A stretch of DNA of 63,984 nt, counting the filler, from Folioceros fuciformis (lineage: Eukaryota), in assembly GCA_049999805.1 (NCBI GenBank). It is 10 parts of 10 records of this genome, joined end to end, with 100 filler letters (N's around TTAATTAATTAA, not from the genome) between each part and the next. Parts side by side here need not be neighbours in the genome. Positions count along the whole stretch, not along the records: positions 42,530 to 59,907 come from JBNGIO010002750.1; positions 60,008 to 61,247 come from JBNGIO010002751.1; positions 61,348 to 62,773 come from JBNGIO010002753.1; 7 more parts are not named here. The stretch is one strand, 5' to 3'. Shown one piece after another: positions 50,930 through 62,873 of this stretch. The notes below the pieces were generated by a model, which was not told the origin of the DNA, did not search any database, and worked only from the letters and a program-made list of their open reading frames with translations. A program made the position numbers and the translations under genes. Positions within the stretch are counted from its first letter, which is position 1. Every line of letters starts with the position of its first letter.

Positions 50930-51182
50930 CTGCCCCACAACAAAACAACCAAAACCGAAACCACAAACCTCACACACGATCAGATGCCCCGTTCCGAGCT
51001 CAAGGCGTACCACACAACCTTCATGGACGAATCCACCATCACGACTAACAAACCACGCTACGCACCTTGTCCAGCCTGATCACGGGGAGCTCGCACACGC
51101 AGTGTCCGCTCTCCACCTTCGGGCTCCACAAGACCTAAGCGCGCACCTCTGTCTCTCAGGGCTTTGGGAGCGCTGGCTTCCG

Positions 51183-51190
51183 TTTATATA
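51183..51190 (-). promoter_or_regulatory. Probable TATA box of SAMS
   Basis: TATATAAA on the minus strand, ~120 bp upstream of the 5'-UTR intron donor at 51065. Confidence 0.6.
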
Positions 51191-53420
51191 GCGCAAAATC
51201 TCGCTGACCACTCGCTCCACGTTATCGCACGCTGCGCCTTATTTGTCGCAAGTAAATGCTCACGACTGGTACACCTAGCAAAGTTACCAGGCCATGATGC
51301 ATCTACAGAAGACGAGGAGTTATTATAACCTCCCTACTCTCTGTATGTACTAAACTAAGCTTTACCAGGCGACGTGTGCATTGTGAATCTTGTTACATGG
51401 CTGGTGCGGAGCTTGATTGAACAGTGTCGGCGGTGGCAGCTGGCAGGAGTAGTCGGGATCTCACAGCTCACAGGCGACCAAGATTTCCGCTCTGTGCAGG
51501 AATTGGGTCTTGTTCTCATTTTCTGAGCATCATGCTCTCGGTTGGATGTGGTGGGATGTATGTAGTCGAGGTGAGAGCATAGTGCACATGTGGTCGCACG
51601 CTCTAGATTTTCGGGAGCCTCCAGGAAGGTAGGGACGTCTCAGGCTGTGCTCACGTGATTGCACAAAATGGGCAGCGAGGAGTGGGAGCAGGAATCTCTC
51701 GGTGAGGTGGGATATCGTGGAACAAGAGGCATGTTGAGCACCGAGCATACCCGTAATCAGGTTCATGTACCCGATTATTAGGGTGTGAGGACTTCGGGTT
51801 CATGTTCCATCAAGGCACGACTCTCTTGTTTATTTTAGGGCTGCGCTCGACGAGGGCATGCCTGCAGCTGACATGGGGTTGCCTCCCGCAGGCAGACGTG
51901 CAAGCGATATTTCCACCAGGGTATGGGGCAGGACAGCGCAGAATGCCTCAATCAGCGCACAGATGAGTTAGTCAGAGCTCCAAGGCACGTAAGTAGCCTG
52001 CAGTATGATGAAGCAGCTTTTGTAGGGGAAGTGTGGAGCACAGAGGGGCTTTGAAGTCACTGCCTGAAAATGACCTGCATGGAGGGATGGTAGCTGGTTC
52101 ACAGATGTGACGCTGGCTGCTGGTACTGTCAGGTGGCACCACGTTCAATACAGCTCAGAGAGCAGGAGCAAGAATGCTTTTAGGGTATGTTCAGACACCG
52201 TGGCAGGGATTCACATGGCTGGTGGAACTTTTCTATAACTGAAGGAGGTACTAGCTTTGCCTGTACTGCGTGACGCTGCAATTGCCGCATTCTGTTGGCT
52301 GCATATGTGAAGTGAAACACCGTGGAGCGGGACGAGATTGCTATCGATGGAGCCGTTGAGCTAAACAAGAACTATGGCGCAGCTTATCCTTCGCAACACC
52401 GGCGCCTAGCTGTGCTTGACATCAGCAGGAAATTGTAGGTGAGGACAAACAGTAAAGGGGTATGGCAGTAACCAGGCTGGGGCTTGGGGGACACATACTT
52501 ATGTCTGTAGGATTGAGGGCACAAACATTCGCACTTCACCCCACCCACCCAAAGAAAAGTGGAACCGGACCAGTTGGTAATTTTCCGAGTGCCGGTAGAA
52601 TGCTCTGATTGCTACTATCTTTCGTGTCGGATCGGCCAGGGCTTTAGAAGAAGACAACACTCGACTTAGTACCACCAGGACGTCTGGGAAATGGTCAGTT
52701 CAAGTGTATACGTGAGGAAAGATCCCTCTTTAAACCAAGAAAAGTGCCTGCGCCAAAGCTTTGGTCCGGTACATAACATGTATACAGCTAATCGAAAAAG
52801 TGAAAACAACAAAGTGCGGGGGACGCGAACAAAGAAACATAATTAGTGCGTGCAACATGTTACGACTTAACCTGTTTGTTATAGCATTGCTTGTGTTTTC
52901 TAACTCGACCGGTGGCTAATTCAGGCCTCCAGGCACCTTCCGAAATTTACTGAAGGTTCATAGACTTTGGCATCCAAATTCTGGAACTACCTTCCATTGT
53001 CAAGTTCATGATCAGATGCTCCGATCATGGACAATAGCCAATCCCAGACCACCTCATCTACTCCAGTTGCAGGCTGCATTGGCTGTGAGAGAGCTCATAA
53101 TGTACAGAAAGCTGGAACGATAGATCGCCAAAGCCTGCTGTAGGGCATCATCACTGGCCAAAATCTGCTGCAGTGAGCTCATGGTAAACTCCCGCGTTCC
53201 TCACCGATAGAAATATAAACCGGTTGGGCATGAATGAATGCCCTCTCCACACCCAACTTCTAAGCAAATGCTACCAACTTAGGCTGAAGCTCTCTGAATT
53301 GCACCCGGTGGGCTGGAAGAATGTAGGGATGACTAACAAACGCATGTCGAGGGATTCAAACTACATTACCAAAACTGAATTGCATCCAGGCATACCGAAG
53401 TAGACACGCTCCTCGGCACT

Positions 53421-54102
53421 TCAGTCCCTTTGCAACTTCGCTGTAGGTTTTGTACCAGTGCCCTTCTTATCCTTCCTATCTTTCTTGTCCCTCTTTTTGA
53501 GAGCATCCATGTGAGCTTTCAGAACTGTGGCATAAGCCGAGTGGAAACGTTGATGGTCCTTCGCAGAGAGCTGCATAAATGAGAGATCGATCCGTTAGCT
53601 ATCTTGAGCGTTCCAAACAGTAAACAGTTGACGATAAACCTTGTAACCAATAGAAGCAGGGTCCTACCGAGGTACTGATCTTTCTCTTCCCATCCGTTGC
53701 CCTCACAAGACAGCGGTATTCTGCCGGATCCGGTACAGAGTCCTCCTCTCCAGCATCTATTTTCCTTTTAGCTGGCTTCCTCAAAGTTGCTGGCATGTCA
53801 TGAGACCATGGTAAGAGCCAGATTTCCCAAACCTAAACTTCGTGGCAGAGATCCGGGAAGGGAAGGAAGCTTACAGCGCTTTAGGGTTACCCACACCGTC
53901 CCTGATTCCTTGTGACGTTCATACAACTTTGTGAGCTCGGTCAAAAATGGATCCGTCTCTAAAAGCACCTGTCCACAAATGCATCTGAGCTGTTGGATCC
54001 ATCAAACATCCACAGAGGGCATAAAAGCAGGAGAACCCGTTGCTCCTTAATCCAAACAGTTTAGTGCAACCCATACTTGTACAGGCTAAGGGCACACACC
54101 AT
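53421..54102 (-). CDS. SRP14: Signal recognition particle 14 kDa protein; coding exons 54102-54100, 53968-53875, 53789-53668, 53570-53421
   Basis: M|VLLETDPFLTELTKLYERHKESGTVWVTLKR...YRCLVRATDGKRKISTS|LSAKDHQRFHSAYATVLKAHMDALKKRDKK. Confidence 0.93.
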
Positions 54103-54499
54103 GATTGCAATCTGTGTGTTCCCGCGTTGCTCCCCCCCTCCTCAACTTGTTGCAGTGTACAGAGACGCAGAACGAATCACATACGATGCTGCTCAATCCG
54201 GAAATTCAGAGAGGTCTACGGCGAAGTATCAGCAATGATCTCGTCGTCGGAATCTGATTGACCGAGAAGAGCGTTGTACGAAAACGACCTCATGAACGAT
54301 CTATGAGTCGTGAGAAAAGGTTTTTGAAGTTTTTTCGGTAGGGTTCATTGTTGCCGTTGTGGTATACCTGTATACCATAGTAGACACCATTAAAGGTTCG
54401 GACTGTTATCAAACAAACCCTTGAGGGTCCTGCTGGGTTATTACAGCGGCGGATTGCGGGCGCGAGTGGATCGGTGTGTGGTGAGCAAGCCTTGTCAGG

Positions 54500-55159
54500 A
54501 TGTAGGTCTCCAACTTGCCGTTTGTGAAGAGGACGGTGTTCTGTTCTGTTGGCGACGGCGTGATACTCGAAACCTGTTGGTTGTAATGGCAACGGCAATT
54601 TCCGATGTTTTCTAGGGCGGACGATGAAGAGCTTGTCGATCCCAAGATGGAGCTGGAAGAGGCCTGCAAGCCGAAATGCGTAAAGCAGCTGCTCCAGTAT
54701 CAGGTCTGGTTCTGCTGCTTTGGCTGATGCGACCCTCACTCTGCTAATTTAGGGCTGGCTGGCGATTCCAGAATTGTTTGATTCTTCATCGTGAGGTTGT
54801 CTTGAGCTCAACAAATCGCTTCCTTTATGCCTACGCAGGCCTGTGTAAAACGTGTTGAGGAAGATGCCGGGGGGCACAAGCATTGTACGGGACAATACTT
54901 CGACTTCTGGCAGTGCGTCGACAAATGTGTAAGTGTTTTGCTTGCGGCTTTTTTTTCTACCGTGGATCACCTCCATGCATGTTTTGTATTGTGTGTTGTC
55001 TTGGAAGATGGATGATAGGACTTGACCACGTCGGAGAATTCTGGTTTGGTGAGGCCTCTGCCGTAGGTGCTGCTTTTTCTAAGAATATGTGTGCGTCCCT
55101 GCGCTGGCTACGCTGGTTGTGTGCAGGTAGCACCAAAACTTTTTGCGAGATTGAAGTGA
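54500..55159 (+). CDS. QCR6: Cytochrome bc1 complex subunit 6 (hinge protein); coding exons 54500-54501, 54616-54703, 54839-54928, 55127-55159
   Basis: MADDEELVDPKMELEEACKPKCVKQLLQYQACVKRVEEDAGGHKHCTGQYFDFWQCVDKCVAPKLFARLK. Confidence 0.93.
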
Positions 55160-57674
55160 AGGCGCATTTATTCATTGCTGAGTCAGGCTTAAGCCTGGGT
55201 ACAACCCTGCAGAATTCGTATTTTCTATTTCTTGTGGATACTTGGAGACAAGTTACACACCAATTTTCATGTTTTTCTACTCAGCTTGAGTGACTGGATT
55301 ATTTCCAGACATGAAGTAACCAGAGTGTACCCTTTCTTAGTGGCTTCTGCTGTGAGGCTATGGCAGAGATGAGTGGTTCAGTCTTTATCAATGGTCCCTA
55401 ACTCATGATTTGTTCCGATTGCAATCGGTTTCTAGCGCAGAACTTCCTGGTGGCTGTATCGTTTCCGGTCATGCACGACCTAAGCTGCTGAAGTCAGCTG
55501 TGTTTGAATGAACAGATGAAATTGCATTTGCAGATCGGTGTGTGTGGAGGATGATCCCGTCAGCGTCCCATTCCGAGGTAACCTTACACTGCTAGCCTCA
55601 TTTTGGTACCACAAGACGACGGTAGTGTCGAAAGCGGAAAGGTTCATGCTTCTGGTGATGCGGGGATTATGAAACGTTAATTTGTATCCCGGTTATGCCA
55701 GGGGCCACCGCTGGCATGCTGGAAACCATTCTGATTTTGTCTGCAGATGAACGAACGGGCGTGTGAACACGTCATGGGAGGGGGCCTATCGCTGTGGATG
55801 TGCGCCGTGACGAGAGCGGAGGTTGAGCCCGGCTCTCGGTCCCACTGTTCCGTGCTCGTCAGAGGCACGCGCCACCACCCAATGTGGCCCCACGCCTTAA
55901 GAGTGCGCCTGGTACGCATCGCAACAAATGTGCGGAATCAGCTTCCAAAGAGATGGCGTGCAGAGTGGGGACAAGTGCGACGCCCTTGTCTGGAGACTCG
56001 TTATTTCCCGTTCGGATAATGCTCATTACTTGGCGCCCAAGTTCATCGTCAACCCCCGGCAAAGTGGCTCATGTCGGAACACGAAGGGTTTCCTGCGAGG
56101 AGTGAAGTCTTCCGCGTCTGCCGGTGTCTGACATCTTTGCACCCTTGTCCCCTGCCTCCTAGTGGTGCATGTTCTGTATGTGGTATACTGTACATACTGT
56201 AGTTCCTTTATGACCCCAAGATGCCCAATTGCAGTTTGAGCCATTGTTTTAGAATAATTCGTGAAATATATTTTCTACTCCTAACTATTGATGAATTATT
56301 TAAAATTAAAACTTTCGGAAATTTGTGCAGGTGAGTCCCTCCAGAGGAACCTATCCATGGCGCTTTGTCTCGTCTGCATCTGCCAAGTAAATGAAAACAA
56401 CTTATCCAAATGCCGAGGATTCCTGACGACATATGGGGCTTGTTGTGTGCACGGTCGGTCATCTTTCTTCCTGGTTAGCAGTTAGGTGAGCCCCAAAACA
56501 CAGCTCCTCACCAACAATGGGGACCCGATTGCGAGACTGGTTGAGCTGGGACATCGGGTTTTCATACGTAAACGGGGTGGCTACGGGAAGAGGGCCTACG
56601 CTGGGGCCCTACTATTCGCGAAGGGCCCACCTTAAGATGGAATGAAGGACAGAGCCCTAGATGTGTTTAAGTTGCCACCACCATGTTAGGAGCTAATAAG
56701 GTAGGGCAAAGTTCGGGAGGAGGAGTGGAGAGGCTTTCCAAAATCATGAACAACACCCCCTCTAGTTGGCTATAATTTTTATAATACTTAGATACCCAGT
56801 TCATCGATTAGGCAAAGCGCACACTCAAGGTCCATATGGGCTACCCCGATTAAGTTATTCCCATGATCTTTTAGCTGAGTACTCCTTTGCCTCATGCATT
56901 CGAGCTATTAGCTAGAGGTTTCAAAATGGGTGTGTTTGCAAGGTCTTGTCTCGTATTGCATTATATTTGCAATACAAGCTTCATTGAGTCATTCATATGT
57001 TCCTTTTAGCCGTGGATTTAGCCTAAGGGAGGAGGATGGCAAACCTTCAGCCCATTCCATTCTACCTTGAGGAACCTCTACATTTTGAGTAACTTAGCCT
57101 AGCCAATATCTACATGTAGCTTTGCTCATGATTGTATGAGGAGCAATTAAAATTAGCAAAGTGTCATTTATGCATCTGTATGAAACGAGCAACATTCCTA
57201 ACCTTGTATATCTCACAAGCATAAATCTAGAGTTTTGAATATTAGATCTGAAGTAGGCTATTGAAACATTCCCAACCTCACATTCCACAAGCCTAACTCA
57301 ATTGATACATATTTGAGCCATATCTATGCCAATATATTTCAATCATTTTTTACCTTAGATTCTATGATGTAAGGATGTTTCACATTACACAAGAAGAAGT
57401 GTATTAAAAAATTTTACTCATCGAGAAGTTAAAAATATAAACTTTCGCATATGAACCCCAACATAAATCCTAAATCAAAATATAAAAAAATATTTATTAA
57501 TATAAATATCTCTCTTTTACTTGAGATAAATAAGATGGTGAAAGATCCGAAAGAGGTAAGTCAAACCATTAAAGTTAATCGAGCCACGGAGAGCTAGTCT
57601 TCAAGGCTTTGAGACTTGAAACTACCAATAGCACCCAAGATATCATGGTCTACAAAGAGGAAAGGCCTAATCCC

Positions 57675-57790
57675 TTAATCTTTTGCCTTCACCATACTTT
57701 TGTCTTACCTAATTTTTTGCCTTCGTTGTACTCTTGTTTTACCTAATCTTTTGCCTTCGTCGTACTCTTATTTCACCTAATCTTTTGTCT
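57675..57790. repeat. ~34-bp tandem repeat x3-4
   Basis: CCTAATCTTTTGCCTTCGT.GTACTCTT variants. Confidence 0.8.
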
Positions 57791-57887
57791 TGTGTTTGGA
57801 GATGGTTTTGAATGAGAGTTGAGTTTTTCCTAGAACTCTTCAACTTTTTAACAAGTACATTGTGATTTTTCAATTAACTCTAAAATA

Positions 57888-58038
57888 TGCTCACAACTTT
57901 GTAATGTAACTAGTAAAGTAGTAAAGTATTCCTAACCTCATCTACTGGAAGTACCATGAAGCAAGCACGCGGAAAGATCGTGAGAAGCCAAAAATGTATT
58001 CAGAGAGAGAGAGAGCGAGTGATGCACAGACATGAGCA
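57888..58038 (-). repeat. Short 151-bp copia 3' LTR
   Basis: Bounded by TGCTCA...TGAGCA inverted ends and directly adjacent to the PPT. Confidence 0.75.
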
Positions 58039-59907
58039 CTCCCCTACCCATGGACTCATACGGAGAGAATCCAACTTGCTACATCCTCAAAACTCTCACT
58101 GTTGGTGACGTGAAAAGAAAGACAACAGGTAAGAAGACTGCAAGGTTAGATGTTGCATCTAAGAAAAAAGAACAAACTGCAGTTGGAAATGGAGGTCCGG
58201 AGTGAACATTGAAGACCAACTCATGGGAAAGGGTGCTGCAAGTGACAAAGAAAGGTTAGAGCAAACAAACATTCAGCTAGGAAAAAGGAATGAAGAAGAA
58301 CACTTTGCAAGAAGTGAAAGAGCAAGACTACCCCCCAAGCTACACCTGCACCAAGTTACAGACTGTTAGCAATTAGTGAGCTGTTCCAGCCTTGAGCACT
58401 ACTACAATCTGCTGTACACCAGCAACGAATGTGTGCCTCTTATGTACAGATTTAGGCAAGGCTTTCATGAGTAGATCTGCTACATTCTCACCTGTAGGTA
58501 TGTACTCTACCAATACCTCCTTGTTGTCAGCTACTTGTCATATGAAATGGTGAGATATTTCTATATGGTTGGATCTCGCGTGAAAAACAGGATTGCGAGA
58601 AAGAGCAATTGCTGACTGATTGTCACACAACAGTTGAGTTGGACGAACCGGGAGTTTGCCTAAACCTTTGAGAAAAGTGCGAATCCATAAGATCTCCCGA
58701 GCTGCTTGTGTCATAGAACCATACTCTGCTTTGGTGCTGGAAAGGCATATGGTGGGCATCTTTTTGCTTGACCATGACACCACAGAACTACCGAGAAAAC
58801 AGCAATAGGCTGCAACACTTTTGCGAGTATCGGGGTCTCCTCCCCAATCTGCATCACACAGCGTAGAAAGCCCAAGTCCATCTGGCTGCCTAGTATACTT
58901 GAGACCTCTTCTAGGTGTGCCCTTCAAGTAACAAAATATTCTCTTCACGGCTGTCCTGTGTTCCATTCCTAGGTTCTCAAGGAATTGGCTAACATTACTG
59001 ACAGCCTTACTAATATCTAATTTTGTCCACCCACCCAGATAAAGCAAGCAACCCACAACTTGCCTATATGGCTTCTTTGCCATTTCTGCCTTCTCAGCCA
59101 GAGTTGTAGGCAACTACTCCTTGGACAACGTTTCTCCCATTGCCATTGGAGTTGCCACTGGCTTTGCATCTTCCATTTGAAAACGTTGCAGCAGTTGTTT
59201 GACGAAGTGTTCTTAGTGGATGTCGATTGTATGGTCTGCATGATTAAAATGGAACTAGACTCCTAATGAAAAAGAGAGTTCTCCTAAATCACTCATCTTG
59301 AACCAGGTAAGCAAGATCCTCTTAACCTTATCCATCAAGGCAGCTGACGTACTAAACAGGAAATTGTTGTCCACATAGATAGAAAGTATTATGAAATCTC
59401 GAACTTCACATAGTATGTAGACACCATTGTCAACATCAAGGAAAATAAAACCTAGCTCAATGAGAACTTGGTGAAAAACTTCATTCCATGCCCTGGAAGA
59501 CTATTTTAGACCATACAATGTTTTTAGAAGCTTCAGAACCTTGTCTGGATTCTTTATGTAGCCTTCAGGCTAACACATGTAGATGTCTTCTTCTAGACGA
59601 CCATGCAAAAAAGCAGCTTTAACATCTAACTGGTGGACGGTAAGATTGAAATGGGCAGCTATAGCAAGGAGAATTCTAATAGAGGTGGATTTTACAACAG
59701 GCGCAAAAGTCTCAGTGTAGTCAAGGCCAGGTACCTGACTGTAGCCCTTGGCTACCAGTCTTGCTTTGTACCTACCTACACTCCCGTTAGTGTTCAACTT
59801 TTTCTTGAATACCCACTTACAAGCAACAGGCTTGCGACCAGGAGGTAAATCAACTTCTTCCCAAGTTTGATTCTGTAGGAGGGAAGAATGTTCTGAGTCT
59901 ATTGCCT
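57888..59907 (-). mobile_element. Ty1/copia retrotransposon 3' part (degenerate RT, RNase H, PPT, 3' LTR)
   Basis: RYKARLVAKGYSQVPGLDYTETFAPVV, QLDVKAAFLHG, YVDN, DADWGGDPDTRKS, CDNQSAIALSRNPVFHARSNHIE, with internal stops. PPT AGGGGAG at 58039-58045. Confidence 0.95.
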
Positions 59908-60007
59908 NNNNNNNNNNNNNNNNNNNNNNNNNNNNNNNNNNNNNNNNNNNNTTAATTAATTAANNNNNNNNNNNNNNNNNNNNNNNNNNNNNNNNNNNNN
60001 NNNNNNN
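59908..60007. other. Artificial contig spacer
   Basis: N44-TTAATTAATTAA-N44. Confidence 0.99.
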
Positions 60008-61247
60008 AGGCCAGAAGGTGGTGTGTCACACAGACCACCACTCCTTGCAACATTTCTTCTCACAACCCAACCTCAACTCCAGACAGCGCAAGTGGGCCGA
60101 ATACCTGGCGGATTTCGACCTCGAGATCAAGTATGTCACTGGGACTTCTAACGTGGTCGCAGATGCCTTGAGCAAGAGAGCCCGCACACTCATGACCACA
60201 CAGTCCCAAGCAGTGCAGTTAGTCTGGGATGGATTGCCTCAAGACCTAGAGTTGTGGCAGCTGTATCAAAATCTCTTAGCAGATGCAGCAACAAGTATTC
60301 CCATAGCACTTACCCAACTCTATTCCCTCAAGGATGCCTGTGTTTGCCGTAAGGGCCGGTTGGTCATCCCCTCCTAGCTCACTGGTCTCAAACAGGCCAT
60401 CCTCCATTATTTGCACGATTCCCCAATCTTGGGGCCCTTGGGTATTGACAAAACCTATGCCAAGGTTCGGGAACATTTCCACTGGGAAGGCATGCGCTCT
60501 GATTGCATAGAGTAGATGCGCTCCTGTCAATCCTACCAACAAGCCAAACCTAGCCATTAGAAATACCCAAGTCTACTCCAACCCCTCCAAATCCCGAGTG
60601 GCCGTTTCCAGTCAATAGCCGTGGACTTCATTACACACCTACCTCGTACCCGCTCTGGTAAGGACAGCATCTTGGTAGTGACAGATAGGTTTTCCAAGGT
60701 CTTCCACTTCATTCCAGTCACCTCGACCATCACTGCCCCCAAACTGGCCACCCTTTTGTCCATGAAATCTTCCAATTACACGAAACACCAGAGGACATTG
60801 TGTCGAACAAGGACGCGAAATTCACCTTCGGGTTTTGGCGGAACTTCATGGACACACTAGGCATCAAACAGAACATGTCTTAAGCCTATCACCCAGAGAC
60901 GGACGGCCAGACAGAGAAGCAGAATCAGGTGTTAGAAGACATGCTTCGTCATTTCACACACAAGAAGCAGATGAAGTGGGAGGAACTCCTTCCCTTATTG
61001 GAGTATGCGTACAATTCCTTGAAGCACGCAGCCACAGGGGTTACTCCCTTCAAACTCCTGTATGGTGAGACACCCCCACCTTCAGGCTTATGGCCCAACA
61101 GTCAAGACAAGTGGCAAAGCGCTGTTGAAATCGCCGAGGACATCTGGCACGAGGCCAAGATGGCTCGACAAAACTCCAAGCAGCACAAGACCGGACCTGC
61201 ATCACAGCAAACCGTCACCGACGCGACGTCAACTACTCCGTTGGCCA
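60008..61247 (+). mobile_element. Ty3/gypsy pol fragment (RNase H end plus integrase), degenerate
   Basis: TDHHSLQHF...RQRKWAEYLADFDLEIKY..G.SNVVADALS; DFITHLPRTRSGKDSILVVTDRFSK; AYHPETDGQTEKQNQVLEDMLR. Confidence 0.95.
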
Positions 61248-61347
61248 NNNNNNNNNNNNNNNNNNNNNNNNNNNNNNNNNNNNNNNNNNNNTTAATTAAT
61301 TAANNNNNNNNNNNNNNNNNNNNNNNNNNNNNNNNNNNNNNNNNNNN
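61248..61347. other. Artificial contig spacer
   Basis: N44-TTAATTAATTAA-N44. Confidence 0.99.
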
Positions 61348-62004
61348 GTTGTCGGGAGGGATCGCCAATTGCAGGAATCAGATCTGGCTAATCTTCCGTA
61401 CATTCAAGCTGTTTTGAAGGAGACGTTGCGGTTGCATCCCGTCGTTCCCCTTCTCATCCCACATTACTCCAGGCAAGACTGCACACTTGGGGGCTACGAC
61501 ATTCCTGCCAATACCATTGTTTTTGTCAGCCTCCTGAACCTTCACAGAAGCCCAGCAGCTTGGGATAGTCCCCTCCAGTTCCGGCCAGATAGATTCATGG
61601 AAAGGTATGTTCATTCACAATGTCATGCGGTTACAAATTGCTTTGCGGACCCTGTGATTCTAAACTTCTTAAATTTTTGCAATTTTGAGTTGTGGAACGT
61701 TGTTGCCTTGTGGAACAGAGAGATTGAAATAAAGGGGCAGAATTTCAACATGATTCCGTTTGGAAGCGGCAGAAGGATGTGCCCTGCAAGTTCTCTTGGC
61801 TTCACTGTAGCCACCTCCCTCGTCGCCAAACTAATTCACAGCTACGACTGGTCTCTTTCACACGGCCAGAAACCTGAAGCCCTAGACATGTCCGAGACCT
61901 TTGGACTGTCTCTTCCAAGGAAGCATCACCTCAAAGCAGTCCCAACCCCTCGTCTGCCACTCCATATCTACCAAGCCGAAGGCAAAAATGGCGTAGTTTC
62001 ATAG
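61348..62004 (+). CDS. Cytochrome P450 (A-type/CYP71 clan-like), 5'-partial; intron 61605-61718
   Basis: KETLRLHP (ExxR), FRPDRF (PERF), PFGSGRRMCPA heme-binding motif, LDMSETFGL. Confidence 0.93.
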   Translation, partial: VVGRDRQLQESDLANLPYIQAVLKETLRLHPVVPLLIPHYSRQDCTLGGYDIPANTIVFVSLLNLHRSPAAWDSPLQFRPDRFMERYVHSQCHAVTNCFADPVILNFLNFCNFELWNVVALWNREIEIKGQNFNMIPFGSGRRMCPASSLGFTVATSLVAKLIHSYDWSLSHGQKPEALDMSETFGLSLPRKHHLKAVPTPRLPLHIYQAEGKNGVVS

Positions 62005-62773
62005 CAGGGATCTGACCCCGAGGTTGCCCGTATGATACCGGGCCTCCTCATCATCCACAGTTCTATATCCCTTCCTACCGGACAATAAGCCTGACGTTCT
62101 CCTTAGGCCACGCATATTACATTAGAGCTTGGTTTTCAACATGTTGTCTCAACAACTTCCTCCGTAGGCGGCGGAACAGATATCTTTGCTCTAGATCTTC
62201 AACCTTCTGTCACGTGAAGGGCACGAGAGGGGCGGGCCAAGCAGGACCGCAGTACACATGTCTTGCGAGGATGGGAGCTTGATTCATGTGCAGCCCACCT
62301 TTCCCGATGTTGGGCCCCCGGAGGCTCTTGTGGCTCCAAATGATGAACGAAATACAAAGTTTGTAAGTTGAATCGCTCTATGCATGGATTTGCAGCTCAA
62401 ACTGGGCATGCGGTTATAAAATAAAATATTTTAAAAGAAACTTTATAAAAAAGTTTATTTATTAATATTATTAAAACATTATTTAATAAGGTTGTATATT
62501 AGTAAATTTACTGATGTAGTAATGACACAAGTGAAATAAGATGAAAGTTAAAAGTAGAAAGGTGAAAACTAAATCTAGAACTGTCTTGATGAAGAAGCAT
62601 ACTTGCTTCTTGCTGCCTTTGGAAACAAGATGTGTGTTCTAGGCAAAACCTCCTAAGAAGGATGGAGTTGTAATGACCACTAGTATTCTGAGATAAGTGG
62701 TGTGTATCATTCCCAACTTTAGCAGTGGTTTAGCTGTGGAGTATAAATAGGCTAGTGTTAGGGTCTTAAGGAT

Positions 62774-62873
62774 NNNNNNNNNNNNNNNNNNNNNNNNNNN
62801 NNNNNNNNNNNNNNNNNTTAATTAATTAANNNNNNNNNNNNNNNNNNNNNNNNNNNNNNNNNNNNNNNNNNNN
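62774..62873. other. Artificial contig spacer
   Basis: N44-TTAATTAATTAA-N44. Confidence 0.99.

Noticed and set aside
50132..51079. 315-aa plus-strand ORF antisense to SAMS
   Set aside because: Shadow ORF caused by the GC-rich codon usage of the real minus-strand gene.
52000..52075. Possible C/D box snoRNA (ATGATGA...CTGA)
   Set aside because: No terminal stem or recognisable rRNA guide; such boxes occur by chance.
52660..52695. Weak 5S rRNA-like words (TAGTAC...CTGGGAA)
   Set aside because: Spacing and flanks do not match 5S rRNA.
55747..56131. Overlapping short GC-rich ORFs downstream of QCR6
   Set aside because: No recognisable domain or consistent exon structure.
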